DNA from: Puniceicoccaceae bacterium
Lineage (GTDB): Bacteria > Verrucomicrobiota > Verrucomicrobiia > Opitutales > Oceanipulchritudinaceae
NCBI GenBank assembly: GCA_040830765.1
Contig: JBFOMH010000006.1
Span: 1 to 64,000, forward strand
Length of the DNA: 64,000 nt
Direction: 5' to 3'
Translations under genes and position numbers: made by a program
Notes under the pieces: generated by a model
Told to the model about the DNA's origin: nothing
The model's input: the letters and a program-made list of their open reading frames with translations, nothing else
The model's database searches: none
In this document: positions 36,771-46,569 of the stretch, piece by piece
Layout of the letters: each line of letters starts with the position of its first letter
How positions within the stretch are numbered: position 1 is the stretch's first letter

Positions 36771-36923
36771 GGAGTACTGATTTGAGGGTAGGATTAGGGT
36801 ATGGTTTGCCTGACCTTATGCCGGTTCCTTTGGTAATTAGCAACCGATAGGACCCCTCAAGGGGCGGGGATTCTTCCTAATTGTAGTAAAATGCATGCCT
36901 GCGAGCAGGCATGGTGGTTGTCA

Positions 36924-38663
36924 TTATTCCACCAACACATCCCCGTCATCGATCCGGACAAGGTGTAGTACCATCTGGTCGAACTCGCCCAGTCGACCGC
37001 GGCCAGGTGAATCAAAGGCACGGATACCGCCGCCGATGACTTCCTGCCATTCGCCGATGGTCTCGTCAGCTGGATCAATCCAGCGGAACCGGAACCGTGA
37101 ACTTGGCAAAGTGTGGCGGAGGTCCAGCTTGATACGGCCGCCATACCGGACAAGGGCGAGGTACTCTTCTCCGAGGTTGGCAGAGCAAAGCTGGGAGGGG
37201 TACTCAACAACCAGCTCGGGATGGGGATCGAGGGTCCACCACGGCAACTGCCGCAGGAAGCGCCCCATGAAGCCCACCGATTGGGCACCCGGATAATCAA
37301 GGGTATCGGTCTCGAAGGACAGTTCCATGGGCCAGGTATCACTGGCCCCAACCGGGGATTCCGGGACATGTCCCCACCAGATATGGCCGCCGCCGTAGGA
37401 GTGGCCGGCCGCTCCGGATAGGACGGCTGCCCAGGCCGCGAAGCGGACCGTTGAGGCGGGAGGATTGCCGAGAATGAACTCATAGCACGGCTCGGTGATG
37501 ACAATCGGTTTGGCCGGTTGCCGGGAGTAGTCCCGGGTAACAACCCACGGGATCAACTCTTCACAGTAGCGCCGATGACCGGTCTGGCTCTGGTTGTAGC
37601 GCAGCCAGGTTTCGTTGTGGAGCAGGTCGCTGGTCGACCACTGCGGTGCGAACTGTCCGCCCGGGTAGGTGGGCGGGGTAGGATGTCCGCTGAGCAGGCG
37701 TTCGTAAGGATCCTCCGCGTCGATCATCTCGCCCATCCGCTTCCAGACATTGATGTCGAACCCGGAATAATTGTGCTTGTTGTATTCGCCGGCAATGACC
37801 CAAATGACATTGTAGGCCCCAAGGCGATGGACAAGGTAGCGCGACCAGCGGCGCATTTTTTCCTCACCGACGGTATCCCGAAGATTCCCTTCCGATGACC
37901 ACTCGGCCCGCGACCACCAACCATGGACCCACACCGTGATGCCTTTGGAATTGGCATACTGGATAAACCGGTCGACCTCCTTGAGACGCTCAAAGTCCGG
38001 TTCGGAATAAGTGTCGTTCAGTATCCCGTCCTTACCGCTCCAGCCATGGCCACCAACAAACAGCTGTCCAATATTAAAACCTTTTTCCGCCCGGTCATCG
38101 ACCAGTTTCTTGCGTGATTCCCAGCGGATGTCTGGTTTGGTCCAGCCCCACCAAGTATCGCCAATCCAGAGCATCGGAGTTCCGTCGGCGTAGACAAAGT
38201 AGCGTCCGGCGCGTTCGCCCTGGTCGGCAACCCGGACAAATCCCCTCAGCGTGGGATTGGCATCCAGTTCATTCTCGGAACGGGGGAGGGCGGACAGCTT
38301 GCCGCTGGCACCATCCAGGCCGGGATCTGTCGACTCAGTCCGGTAGGACCACTCTCCGGTTGCCGGAGGAGCAAAGCGAATTCGCCATGTCTGCCCGCCG
38401 TCCCAGAATCCCGAGAGGACAATCTCCCTGCCCTTGGCGGCTCCACTGGTGCCTGTGAAGGTAGCCACAACATAACCGGGACTGCCCTCGACAAGTCCCT
38501 CCACATAGGGTTGCTCCAGCTGCACTTCGGCAGTCAGTTCAATCTCGAAAGGTTCCCAGGCAAAAACTGACTGTGCAGCGCTGGCTGCTGAGGTTATTGA
38601 GAGCCAGGCCATTCCAAGAATGGTAGCGGCTTTTTTTAATGTTCGGGGTAGTGGTATTTTCAT
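36924..38663 (-). CDS. DUF5060/DUF4038 glycoside-hydrolase-like protein (GH140 apiosidase-like clan) with a C-terminal beta domain
   Basis: 'GFWDGGQTWRIRFAP', 'LWIGDTWW', 'YLVHRLGAYNVIWVIAGEY', 'NQSQTGH', 'KPIVITEPCYE' and 'GHSYGGGHIW'. Confidence 0.82.
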   Translation of the reverse strand: MKIPLPRTLKKAATILGMAWLSITSAASAAQSVFAWEPFEIELTAEVQLEQPYVEGLVEGSPGYVVATFTGTSGAAKGREIVLSGFWDGGQTWRIRFAPPATGEWSYRTESTDPGLDGASGKLSALPRSENELDANPTLRGFVRVADQGERAGRYFVYADGTPMLWIGDTWWGWTKPDIRWESRKKLVDDRAEKGFNIGQLFVGGHGWSGKDGILNDTYSEPDFERLKEVDRFIQYANSKGITVWVHGWWSRAEWSSEGNLRDTVGEEKMRRWSRYLVHRLGAYNVIWVIAGEYNKHNYSGFDINVWKRMGEMIDAEDPYERLLSGHPTPPTYPGGQFAPQWSTSDLLHNETWLRYNQSQTGHRRYCEELIPWVVTRDYSRQPAKPIVITEPCYEFILGNPPASTVRFAAWAAVLSGAAGHSYGGGHIWWGHVPESPVGASDTWPMELSFETDTLDYPGAQSVGFMGRFLRQLPWWTLDPHPELVVEYPSQLCSANLGEEYLALVRYGGRIKLDLRHTLPSSRFRFRWIDPADETIGEWQEVIGGGIRAFDSPGRGRLGEFDQMVLHLVRIDDGDVLVE

Positions 38664-38742
38664 GACTTGGATTTGTAAGCATTAGCGGGGAAACGTTATT
38701 AGAGTTGGAGTTGGGAGTGGATGAAATCCTGGGTAATTTTCT

Positions 38743-40260
38743 TCAATTTACGTCAATGACGATGCGGCGGTAGTCAGCAAGGGGCACGATTGGGCTCTCG
38801 TCCCAGACCTCGAGGATCAGGTGTAGCTGCCTGCCCGCGGCGTCCACTGGTACAGTCAAGGAAACCTTTGGCCGGTGTGGGGCATCTATTGGCAAGACCT
38901 TGCCGTAGGGCCTCTGGCCCGCCTCGGGATAAATCCACCACTTGAAGCGAAGGGAATCTCCGTCGGGATCCGTTGACTTTCCGGCATCAAAGGTGAGTGT
39001 TTGACCGATTTTTGCGGTCAAGAAGAGAATTGCCTCCGTGGCATCGTCTCCGATCGTGGCGACCGGGTGGTGATTGGCCTCATCGTAGGTCTTGACGCAC
39101 CAGTCCATGCGAGCCCGGAAATCATTCCAGAAAGCCTGCCGCCAGTGCCAGATGGCGGCATATTCATCTTCATGGACCTCGCCTGTTTCCGGATCCGTCC
39201 AGCGGTCTTTTGCGTCCGTGTAGGTATACCATGGCTTGAACACCTCCTCATGTTTCTTGACGTGGGGTGAATCGGCGGGAATGTTGGCAACTTTCGAGGC
39301 TGTGTAGCGTCCGCTCCATCCGCCCCAGGTCTGCTCGGAGGGGTCAGTCAATCCACGCGCGACAAGACTGAGCCAGGGAATGGTCCCGCCGCCCTCGATG
39401 AAAGTGGGGCTTTCAAATGACATCCTGAAGAACAGCCGCATCGGATAGACCTCACCGAGCGCGCCATGCCCCTTGCGGATATGTTCGTGGGCCCAGTTGT
39501 CCTGGCCCTTGGTGGAGTAGGCAAATGGCTTCCAGACGTGGGGGCCAAGCCGGCTGCGGGCGGGTCCCCCGTAGGCCTTGGACTGGTACTTGCCGCGAAT
39601 CCAGTGGATGTCCGGGAAGGTGTGTGCAATCCAGGCGCCGGCGTCATCCTGGGCACCATTCTCAAACACCCGCAGCTTGGCCACAAAGGCCTTGAGCTCT
39701 TCCGGGGTATGGGTGGCCCGGTAGTCGATGAGGGCCTGGGCAAGTGTATTGGAACCGGCATTGACGACGATAAAGACGGGCCGGGGATCGTCTTTCGTGA
39801 CCTGTCGGATAATCAGTTCGGATCCGTCGGTCGACTTTCCTTCACCGGTCCCGGCCATCCCGTACTCCGGTTGCCCGGATACAACAAGGAGCCGGAGATC
39901 GAAGGGCGGGAGCCAGCCATCAGCATGCCTATGAAGGTTCGGATGGATCTTTTCATAAGCATTGATCAGGTGGTGGAACCTTTCGGGATGGATGACCCGG
40001 CGATAAGCATCCCGGTTTGTGGCGCGGAGATGCACCGAAGTGACGGCAATCAGCCCTTCGAGGTCAAACTCGTTATGACACATCAGGAGGTGGAGTATCT
40101 GCTGCTCCTCATCCGGCTCATTGCCCATATCCGAAAGGACAATCAGGCGGGACTTATGGCCGGCCACAGCGGCCTGGGGTAGTCCATCGGCAGACAGGGG
40201 CTGTGCCGGAAACAAGACGAATAAAGCAAGGGCGGTTATCAGGAAGGTGTAGGTATTCAT
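38743..40260 (-). CDS. DUF1593 nucleoside-hydrolase-like domain protein, secreted
   Basis: 'RLIVLSDMGNEPDEEQ', 'GSNTLAQAL', 'QDDAGAWI', 'GGWSGRY', 'DFRARMDW' and 'ANHHP'; C-terminal Ig-like 'STDPDGDSLRFKWW'. Confidence 0.85.
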   Translation of the reverse strand: MNTYTFLITALALFVLFPAQPLSADGLPQAAVAGHKSRLIVLSDMGNEPDEEQQILHLLMCHNEFDLEGLIAVTSVHLRATNRDAYRRVIHPERFHHLINAYEKIHPNLHRHADGWLPPFDLRLLVVSGQPEYGMAGTGEGKSTDGSELIIRQVTKDDPRPVFIVVNAGSNTLAQALIDYRATHTPEELKAFVAKLRVFENGAQDDAGAWIAHTFPDIHWIRGKYQSKAYGGPARSRLGPHVWKPFAYSTKGQDNWAHEHIRKGHGALGEVYPMRLFFRMSFESPTFIEGGGTIPWLSLVARGLTDPSEQTWGGWSGRYTASKVANIPADSPHVKKHEEVFKPWYTYTDAKDRWTDPETGEVHEDEYAAIWHWRQAFWNDFRARMDWCVKTYDEANHHPVATIGDDATEAILFLTAKIGQTLTFDAGKSTDPDGDSLRFKWWIYPEAGQRPYGKVLPIDAPHRPKVSLTVPVDAAGRQLHLILEVWDESPIVPLADYRRIVIDVN

Positions 40261-40321
40261 CGATACATTGGGGTTGGGTTGCTGTTCGTTCCGGATGCCA
40301 TCAGTCGTCGGGGAGGGTCAT

Positions 40322-42898
40322 CTAATCATCGGGGTCGCGTTGCAGGCCGACTACCACGTAGGGAGCCTCCTTCTCGAAGTCAGGGAACATGGCCCCGTGG
40401 CCGTCACCGTCTGTCACTTCGAGAAAAAGGATCAGGTCCCACTCGGGGACGATGAATTCGGCGGGAATGATGGCGGTCCACTTGCCGGTAGCCGGGTCGT
40501 GCTTCATATCCAAAGCGAGGTAATCCTCGAACTGGGTCAGGTGCCGGTAACGCAGGACCACGGAGGGGACTCCGTCAGGATCCGCTATCGTCGCTACAAT
40601 CTTCAACGGCCTGAAAGGAAAGGCCTTTTCCGGTGGCTCAATGGTGACTAAAGGCGGTGAAGAATCGGCAGGGTATGCGAATGCGGGCAGGTCCGGTCGA
40701 TCGGGAACTGGCAATTCGGTGGCCCGCTGGTACTCGGACTCCAGGTTATCGATGCTGGCCTGCAGCACGACGAGTTCATCGGCCCAATGCCGGGGAAAGT
40801 TGACCGCGCCAAAGGCGATATTCCGCGAATACACATCCCCCGCCGCATCGACAATTGCCTCCCATGCCTCCAGGGCCTTGCGTTCTCCATTAATGGCGGA
40901 CTTCAGGGCATCCGGATGACCGGATTGGAGATACATGTTATAGTGGACGGCGGCCGGTATTCGTTCAGCGTAGTAAAGCGCAAGGTTGGCAAGGATTTTC
41001 AGGTCGGTAAGGGTTGTGATGAATTCAGGAGACGGATCGCCGGCCTGACTGGCTTCCGCCATCTCGACGGCCGACAGGATCTTCCCGGATATTTCCCGGA
41101 ACCAGTGACTATTCAGGATGGGCGTGTACTGGACCGTTTTCCCGCCGCCGAGCAGCATTTCAGCGGCATTGGCAAAGGTCTGGAATAACTGGACATCACT
41201 GTTCTCCGCCATGGCGAAAGCGGGCAGCTCCTCCGGGGCCATCATTTCCACCCATCCCCGGGTGGTCGGGAAATAGCGGTAGCGGTAGGCGCTGGCGACA
41301 ATCCGGGGAAGGACCTGGCTGGCAAGGTGAATTCCCTCCATCAGGTGCCCGCCAGACGTCTCCCCGAATCGCTCATTGAACAAATTGAGCCAGGCGTCGT
41401 TGGAAATTTTGGGATTGTAGGAAACCCTTCCCCACACCTGGTAATAAGGCCAGTAACGTTCGAAGGGATAGTCGCCGACCTGGTAGGCCTCGTTGAGGAG
41501 GGTTCGGGGCTCGGTTTCATGGTCCTCCCCGAGCATCCAGGTGGCCATCATCTCATTTACCTCAAAACTTTTGCCATCGTAGAGCCGGGCACTTTCGACG
41601 AAGCGGCGAACATACTCCGGATTACTCCAGAGCAGGCAACGGACGGTCCCCCCGTTCCACATGCGCCAGTGGATGTCGTACTTTCTTGGATACCGCAACA
41701 GGTCGGCATACCCGTGCCGGCGGTCCTTCTGGTTGCGTGGAACGACGTGGAGCGGGTGATAGGGGAGGCCCATCTGCTCCATCCAGTATTTTGTGGCAAC
41801 CCTGAAGTCCAGTTCCTGCGCAACGGCATCATCGATCACTTCGTCCGGGAGTCCCTTTGCCCGGAGGTCTATCCGCAAATCGGGCCGGTGCGTCTTCACA
41901 TGGGCGAAGATATCATGCCAGAAGCGGGGGATCTCCTCCTTGGAAAGCCCTGATTCACCGTGCATCCTGAACTGCAGGCCATCAATGTCCGGAAAGACTT
42001 CGAGAAACTTCAAGAGGGCGGCCTTGTTGTAGGCAATCAGGTTATCGGCGGTGATACCGGCGACCAGATGGCCTTTCGACTGGCTCTCTACGTCAATACC
42101 GCCGGCTTGCACATGCCCCCGGTAGATGTGGTCCCAGATGGCCGGCGTGACTTGCACCCCGTGGGCATGCGCCAGCTCGATGAGCCGATTGAAGGCGAGG
42201 GTGTTTCGGTGCTGCTCTTCCTGGGTAATGTTGTTTAACCTCACTTCGCCGAAACCCTTCACATCAAAGAAGAACGGATAGAGCGGCGCCATGAAGCCGC
42301 CGTTTTCATAACCGAAGATGATGATGAAGTTATTGATGCGGGAACGGGCGAGGAGCGAAAAATAGCTTTCCCAGTAAGCCTCATCATGGAGCCGCTGTTC
42401 GAAATACTTCCGGTGCATGGTGTACATCGAGATCCCGCGGTCCTGCAAAAAGGGTGCTTCGTGCTTGCTGACCACATTCGGTGACCTGTTTTCCCCCAGG
42501 GACTGCCATCGACATTGTTCGGCGACATCCAGCAGGCCGTAAAGGAGACCCCTTTCATCAGCCCCGCAAATAACCACCGTCAGCTTTTCATTCCCGGCAA
42601 GCGTCTGGATGGTAAAGGACTCCGGCTCTTCCGGAACCACCGCCTCCGCTTCCTGCAGCCTTTTCACTATTTGGCCGCTTCCGGAACTCAACCCGAGGTG
42701 GATTTCAATTTCCGGGATGTCAGATAAGTCGCTGCATTGCCCTCTGGCGCGGAGGCTCTCCTTGATGACTGACAGGCCGAACTGGGCGGACTCGGGCAGG
42801 CTGCCGTTGGCATGGATTGAAAGGATTCGTCCCTTTGCAACAACTGATACCACGTAGAGGCCAAGCCAAAGGACCAAAACAAGTCTCCATTTCATCAT
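40322..42898 (-). CDS. Secreted glycoside-hydrolase-like protein of unassigned family
   Basis: Signal peptide; GH20/GH67-type N-domain motif 'ESFTI...ICGADERGLLYGL'; probable TIM barrel ('DGLQFRMHGESG'); C-terminal Ig-like domain. Confidence 0.65.
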   Translation of the reverse strand: MMKWRLVLVLWLGLYVVSVVAKGRILSIHANGSLPESAQFGLSVIKESLRARGQCSDLSDIPEIEIHLGLSSGSGQIVKRLQEAEAVVPEEPESFTIQTLAGNEKLTVVICGADERGLLYGLLDVAEQCRWQSLGENRSPNVVSKHEAPFLQDRGISMYTMHRKYFEQRLHDEAYWESYFSLLARSRINNFIIIFGYENGGFMAPLYPFFFDVKGFGEVRLNNITQEEQHRNTLAFNRLIELAHAHGVQVTPAIWDHIYRGHVQAGGIDVESQSKGHLVAGITADNLIAYNKAALLKFLEVFPDIDGLQFRMHGESGLSKEEIPRFWHDIFAHVKTHRPDLRIDLRAKGLPDEVIDDAVAQELDFRVATKYWMEQMGLPYHPLHVVPRNQKDRRHGYADLLRYPRKYDIHWRMWNGGTVRCLLWSNPEYVRRFVESARLYDGKSFEVNEMMATWMLGEDHETEPRTLLNEAYQVGDYPFERYWPYYQVWGRVSYNPKISNDAWLNLFNERFGETSGGHLMEGIHLASQVLPRIVASAYRYRYFPTTRGWVEMMAPEELPAFAMAENSDVQLFQTFANAAEMLLGGGKTVQYTPILNSHWFREISGKILSAVEMAEASQAGDPSPEFITTLTDLKILANLALYYAERIPAAVHYNMYLQSGHPDALKSAINGERKALEAWEAIVDAAGDVYSRNIAFGAVNFPRHWADELVVLQASIDNLESEYQRATELPVPDRPDLPAFAYPADSSPPLVTIEPPEKAFPFRPLKIVATIADPDGVPSVVLRYRHLTQFEDYLALDMKHDPATGKWTAIIPAEFIVPEWDLILFLEVTDGDGHGAMFPDFEKEAPYVVVGLQRDPDD

Positions 42899-43186
42899 TC
42901 TAAAGCAATATTGTCCGTTTTTGGAGGCGGCAGGGTGTCAGTCAGCGAACCTCAAAATTCTTCTTTGCCGAAGGTCATAAGGCAATGTCTATACGCACCT
43001 CCAAAGGTCCTAATCCCTCGTAATTGTAGGATCAAAACTTCTGCCTACGATGCCTTGGGTATTGTAGCATTTTCAATCTTCGGGTTCTGGCCGGAAATTG
43101 CGCTTGCCAGCTTTGCCGGACGAGCGATATTTTCATATGAAATAAATCTTTATTTCAACAAGAATTCATTATCTCTGATCTTCCCC

Positions 43187-46100
43187 ATGAAAACTGGAAA
43201 TGCCCTTGCTGGGCTGCTTGCCACGGGCGTCCTGTTTGTTTCCTTTAATTCTAGCAGTGCCCAGGAAACCGCTTACTTGAGCACCTTTGCGGAATCTCGT
43301 GTAAACCCGCCGACCTACGCTAATCCCACGACGACGGACGCGGACTTCGTTATTGGGTCGACGAAGACCCACGGTCTCGGAAGGATCGGGGAGAGCGGCA
43401 TGAGTCTGGACTTGGGCAACACCTCGGCGGCATTCGTGGAAGCTGCGGGGCGCATTATCCAGGTGCCGATTGAGCTGACCGAACCGGGTGACGTCATTTC
43501 CCTGGTTGTCACCTTCACCGCGGAATCGGGTATTCTCCAGGGAAATACAAATTCGCAACTGGGCTTCGGGCTTTATGCCTCGGACGGCAACAATCCGCCC
43601 GACGGCGTGAGCAACCAGATTCTGTTCAACGGATCAGATTACACTAGTGGCTCGATGCAGGACTGGCAGGGTTACGCGATGGTCTTTGAGAACGCCGGGG
43701 GCAGCAACCGGTTGTACGTCCGGTCGGCGCAGGCCGAGGCGGGCATCAGTTCCGCGCAGGAACTTCTGTTCACGAGTAACACGGGTGGATTCACTAGTGC
43801 CGTAAGTATCCTTTCCGGTTCCTATGCAGGAGCGGGCTTGGCCAGCGGAACCACCTGCACATTTGTCGGCACCCTGACCCTGGTTGACAGCTCAACCCTT
43901 TCCATCAGTGGCAAACTCTACGATGGACCCGAGGGGACCGGTGTCCTGCTCGCCACAACTGTTGGCACCGCTTCCGGTGGCAACCTCGTTACCACCGCCT
44001 TCGATGCCGTTGGCCTGGGTTACCTGCGCAAGGGCGTGACCGGCGACTCGACTATCACTCTGCACACGCTGGAGATCCGCAGCAACAAGCCGACGACTCC
44101 GGCGGTTGTCCTTTCCGGACCGGTTGACCTGACCCTGACGGAGGGCGGAATTGGCTCTCTGACCGTCGAGACGGGTGGGGCGGAGCCAATCAGCTACGCA
44201 TGGTACCGGAACGACGTTTTACTCCCCGAGGCGACTGAAGCCACCCTTGCCTTTGACAACGCCACGGGCGTCGATGCCGGGGACTATTACGTCATCGTCT
44301 CCAATACCTATGGTTCTGACACCAGTGCCACGGCCACGGTCACGGTCACCAACGGGACGGTAGCTCCGTCCATCACAGTGGATCCGACCGGAGCGCAAAA
44401 ACTGGTCGGAGAGAACCACAGCTTCTCCGTGGTGGCCAACGGAACCTCGCCCCTCCAGTACGACTGGCGCAAGGATGGCGAATCCCTCGGGGCCGCCGAC
44501 GATAGCAGCCTCCAGCTGAGTAACCTGGCTTTCGAAGACGCGGGCAGCTACACCGTCGTGGTGTCGAACGGTGCCGGCAGCGTTGAGAGCGAGCCGGCAA
44601 TCCTCGAGGTCTGGAGCAAGCCTGCGATTTCGGTACAACCGGATTCTGTCATCACTCAACCGGGATCGGAAGTGGTGCTTTCGGTCACTGCCACCGGCTT
44701 TCCCGAGCCCACCTACAAATGGTACCGCAACGGCGGATTGATGCTCGGCGAGACTGCATCCACCCTGACCTTTTCCAGTGTCTCGGTAGAGGATGTCGGT
44801 GTGTACTATGTCGACGCGGTCAATGCAGCCGGCGTCGCTCGAAGCGATACCGTCTCCGTTAATGTCATTTCTTCGGTCGCGCTGACCGGAGCCTTCCCAT
44901 CAGGCAATTCCGAGGACCTACCGCCGGACATCCAGATACCCCTTTTGTTTGACCAACCGGTCCAGCCGGGCCTGACGGGCAAAATCACCATCCACGAGAC
45001 CGACGGAACCCTTGTCGACACGATCGACATGGCCCAGGCCAACACCAAGCGGGTGGGGGGACTGAACTACACTTATGATCCTGTATTGACGGACGGGTCC
45101 AGCGCCTGGCTGGTCCCGCACACGGGCGTGCTTGAGTATGGAAAATCTTACTACGTCCTCATTGAACCGGGTGCCATCCTTGATGCGGATAACGGTTCCT
45201 TTTCCGGTATCGATGATTCCAGTACAATCCGGTTCAGTACGCGAGCCTCGGGCCCCGCGGCCAACGCCGGCCTTATCCGGGTAGCGGCTGACGGATCAGC
45301 TGACTATGCCACCGTGCAAGGCGCCATTGACCATGTTCCGGCCGGAAATACCCAACCGGTGACCATCCGCATCGAGCCGGGCGTCTACCGCGAGCTGCTG
45401 CACATCCCTTCCAATAAGCCGAACATCACCCTCCAGGGAACCTCACGTGAAGAGGTGACCGTCACCTACCTGAACAACGCCAACCGCAATCCCAGCAACC
45501 AGCGGGCCAGTTTCTACAGCAGGGGCAATGACCTCGTCCTCGACTCAATTACTTTTGTCAACACCACACCAAAGGGCGGTTCCCAGGCGGAGACCCTGAA
45601 CTCCGGCGGCCACCGGGTGGTTGTCCGGGACTGCGCCTTTTACAGCCTTCAGGACACCCTGAAGCTGAGCGATGGGGGCATATACTTCTATCGCTCCTAC
45701 ATTGAGGGCGATGTCGACTTCCTCTGGGATGATGCCGATGCCTTCCTTGAAGACTGCATCATCCATTCCGTCAACCGGGGCTACCTCGTCCAGACCCGCA
45801 ACGGCCAGAATGACCGGGGATTTGTCTTCGTCCGCTGCCGTCTGACCGGTGAACCGGATGCTGCCGGGACTTACCTCGGCCGGATCGATCCCAATGTCTT
45901 CCCTTACAGCGAGGCCGCCTTTATTGATTGCGCGATGGGACCACACATCTCCACCGCTGGATGGCTTCTGAACAATGCGGCGACTGCCCCGACTGTCCGT
46001 TTCTATGAATACGGCAGTACGGACCTGGATGGAAATCCGCTCGACCTGAGCGGACGACTGGCCGACTCGACGATTCTCGACAGCGAAACCGCGGCCCAAT

Positions 46101-46417
46101 ACAGGAACGCCCAATGGGTGACCGGCTTTAATGTGGCCACTCCAGCCTGGGTGGCGGCGTTGCGTGAACGCGACACCACCGGCTGGTCCTTCGACAGCAG
46201 CATTGGATGGAACTGGGGCTATCCCTTCGCCCTTGGAAATTCCGGCTTCTTCCTCTGGACCTACGCCTTTGGTGACTGGGTCTACGCCTATCCTGTCTCC
46301 GCTGACTCCGTATACCTCTATGTTTACGGACAATCCGCCGGCTGGTATTGGAGCAGCCGGGACTACGGCAAGTGGGCCTGGGACTTTTCTGACGGAACCT
46401 GGGAGCTCCTTCAGTAA
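43187..46417 (+). CDS. Multidomain pectinesterase (CE8)-like protein: N-terminal beta domain, three Ig domains, Big_5-like domain, CE8 beta-helix, Trp-rich C-terminal domain
   Basis: Signal peptide from ATG 43187. 'VAADGSADYATVQGAID', 'QAETL', 'QDTL', 'YIEGDVDFLW', 'GFVFVRC', 'YLGR' and 'FYEYGS'. Confidence 0.87.
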   Translation: MKTGNALAGLLATGVLFVSFNSSSAQETAYLSTFAESRVNPPTYANPTTTDADFVIGSTKTHGLGRIGESGMSLDLGNTSAAFVEAAGRIIQVPIELTEPGDVISLVVTFTAESGILQGNTNSQLGFGLYASDGNNPPDGVSNQILFNGSDYTSGSMQDWQGYAMVFENAGGSNRLYVRSAQAEAGISSAQELLFTSNTGGFTSAVSILSGSYAGAGLASGTTCTFVGTLTLVDSSTLSISGKLYDGPEGTGVLLATTVGTASGGNLVTTAFDAVGLGYLRKGVTGDSTITLHTLEIRSNKPTTPAVVLSGPVDLTLTEGGIGSLTVETGGAEPISYAWYRNDVLLPEATEATLAFDNATGVDAGDYYVIVSNTYGSDTSATATVTVTNGTVAPSITVDPTGAQKLVGENHSFSVVANGTSPLQYDWRKDGESLGAADDSSLQLSNLAFEDAGSYTVVVSNGAGSVESEPAILEVWSKPAISVQPDSVITQPGSEVVLSVTATGFPEPTYKWYRNGGLMLGETASTLTFSSVSVEDVGVYYVDAVNAAGVARSDTVSVNVISSVALTGAFPSGNSEDLPPDIQIPLLFDQPVQPGLTGKITIHETDGTLVDTIDMAQANTKRVGGLNYTYDPVLTDGSSAWLVPHTGVLEYGKSYYVLIEPGAILDADNGSFSGIDDSSTIRFSTRASGPAANAGLIRVAADGSADYATVQGAIDHVPAGNTQPVTIRIEPGVYRELLHIPSNKPNITLQGTSREEVTVTYLNNANRNPSNQRASFYSRGNDLVLDSITFVNTTPKGGSQAETLNSGGHRVVVRDCAFYSLQDTLKLSDGGIYFYRSYIEGDVDFLWDDADAFLEDCIIHSVNRGYLVQTRNGQNDRGFVFVRCRLTGEPDAAGTYLGRIDPNVFPYSEAAFIDCAMGPHISTAGWLLNNAATAPTVRFYEYGSTDLDGNPLDLSGRLADSTILDSETAAQYRNAQWVTGFNVATPAWVAALRERDTTGWSFDSSIGWNWGYPFALGNSGFFLWTYAFGDWVYAYPVSADSVYLYVYGQSAGWYWSSRDYGKWAWDFSDGTWELLQ

Positions 46418-46534
46418 AGTTGGCCGCAAGTACGGTCCTACTCACCACCTTATTGATGATAGAATAGCCCAGTCAGCACTTTAGCTGGCCTGTTGATATT
46501 TGTTCTGGGTCGGGCGGGGGACGGTTCTTGCGCC

Positions 46535-46562
46535 TTGATAAATATAGTGGGCTTTCTATCGT
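46535..46562 (+). promoter_or_regulatory. Putative promoter of the phosphotriesterase-family gene (near-leaderless)
   Basis: TTGATA-N16-TATCGT-N7-ATG (46570). Confidence 0.45.
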
Positions 46563-46569
46563 TAGCCCC

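Noticed and set aside
42911..43186. 92-aa N-terminal extension of the CE8 ORF
   Set aside because: It is the AT-rich divergent intergenic region; the signal peptide begins at ATG 43187.
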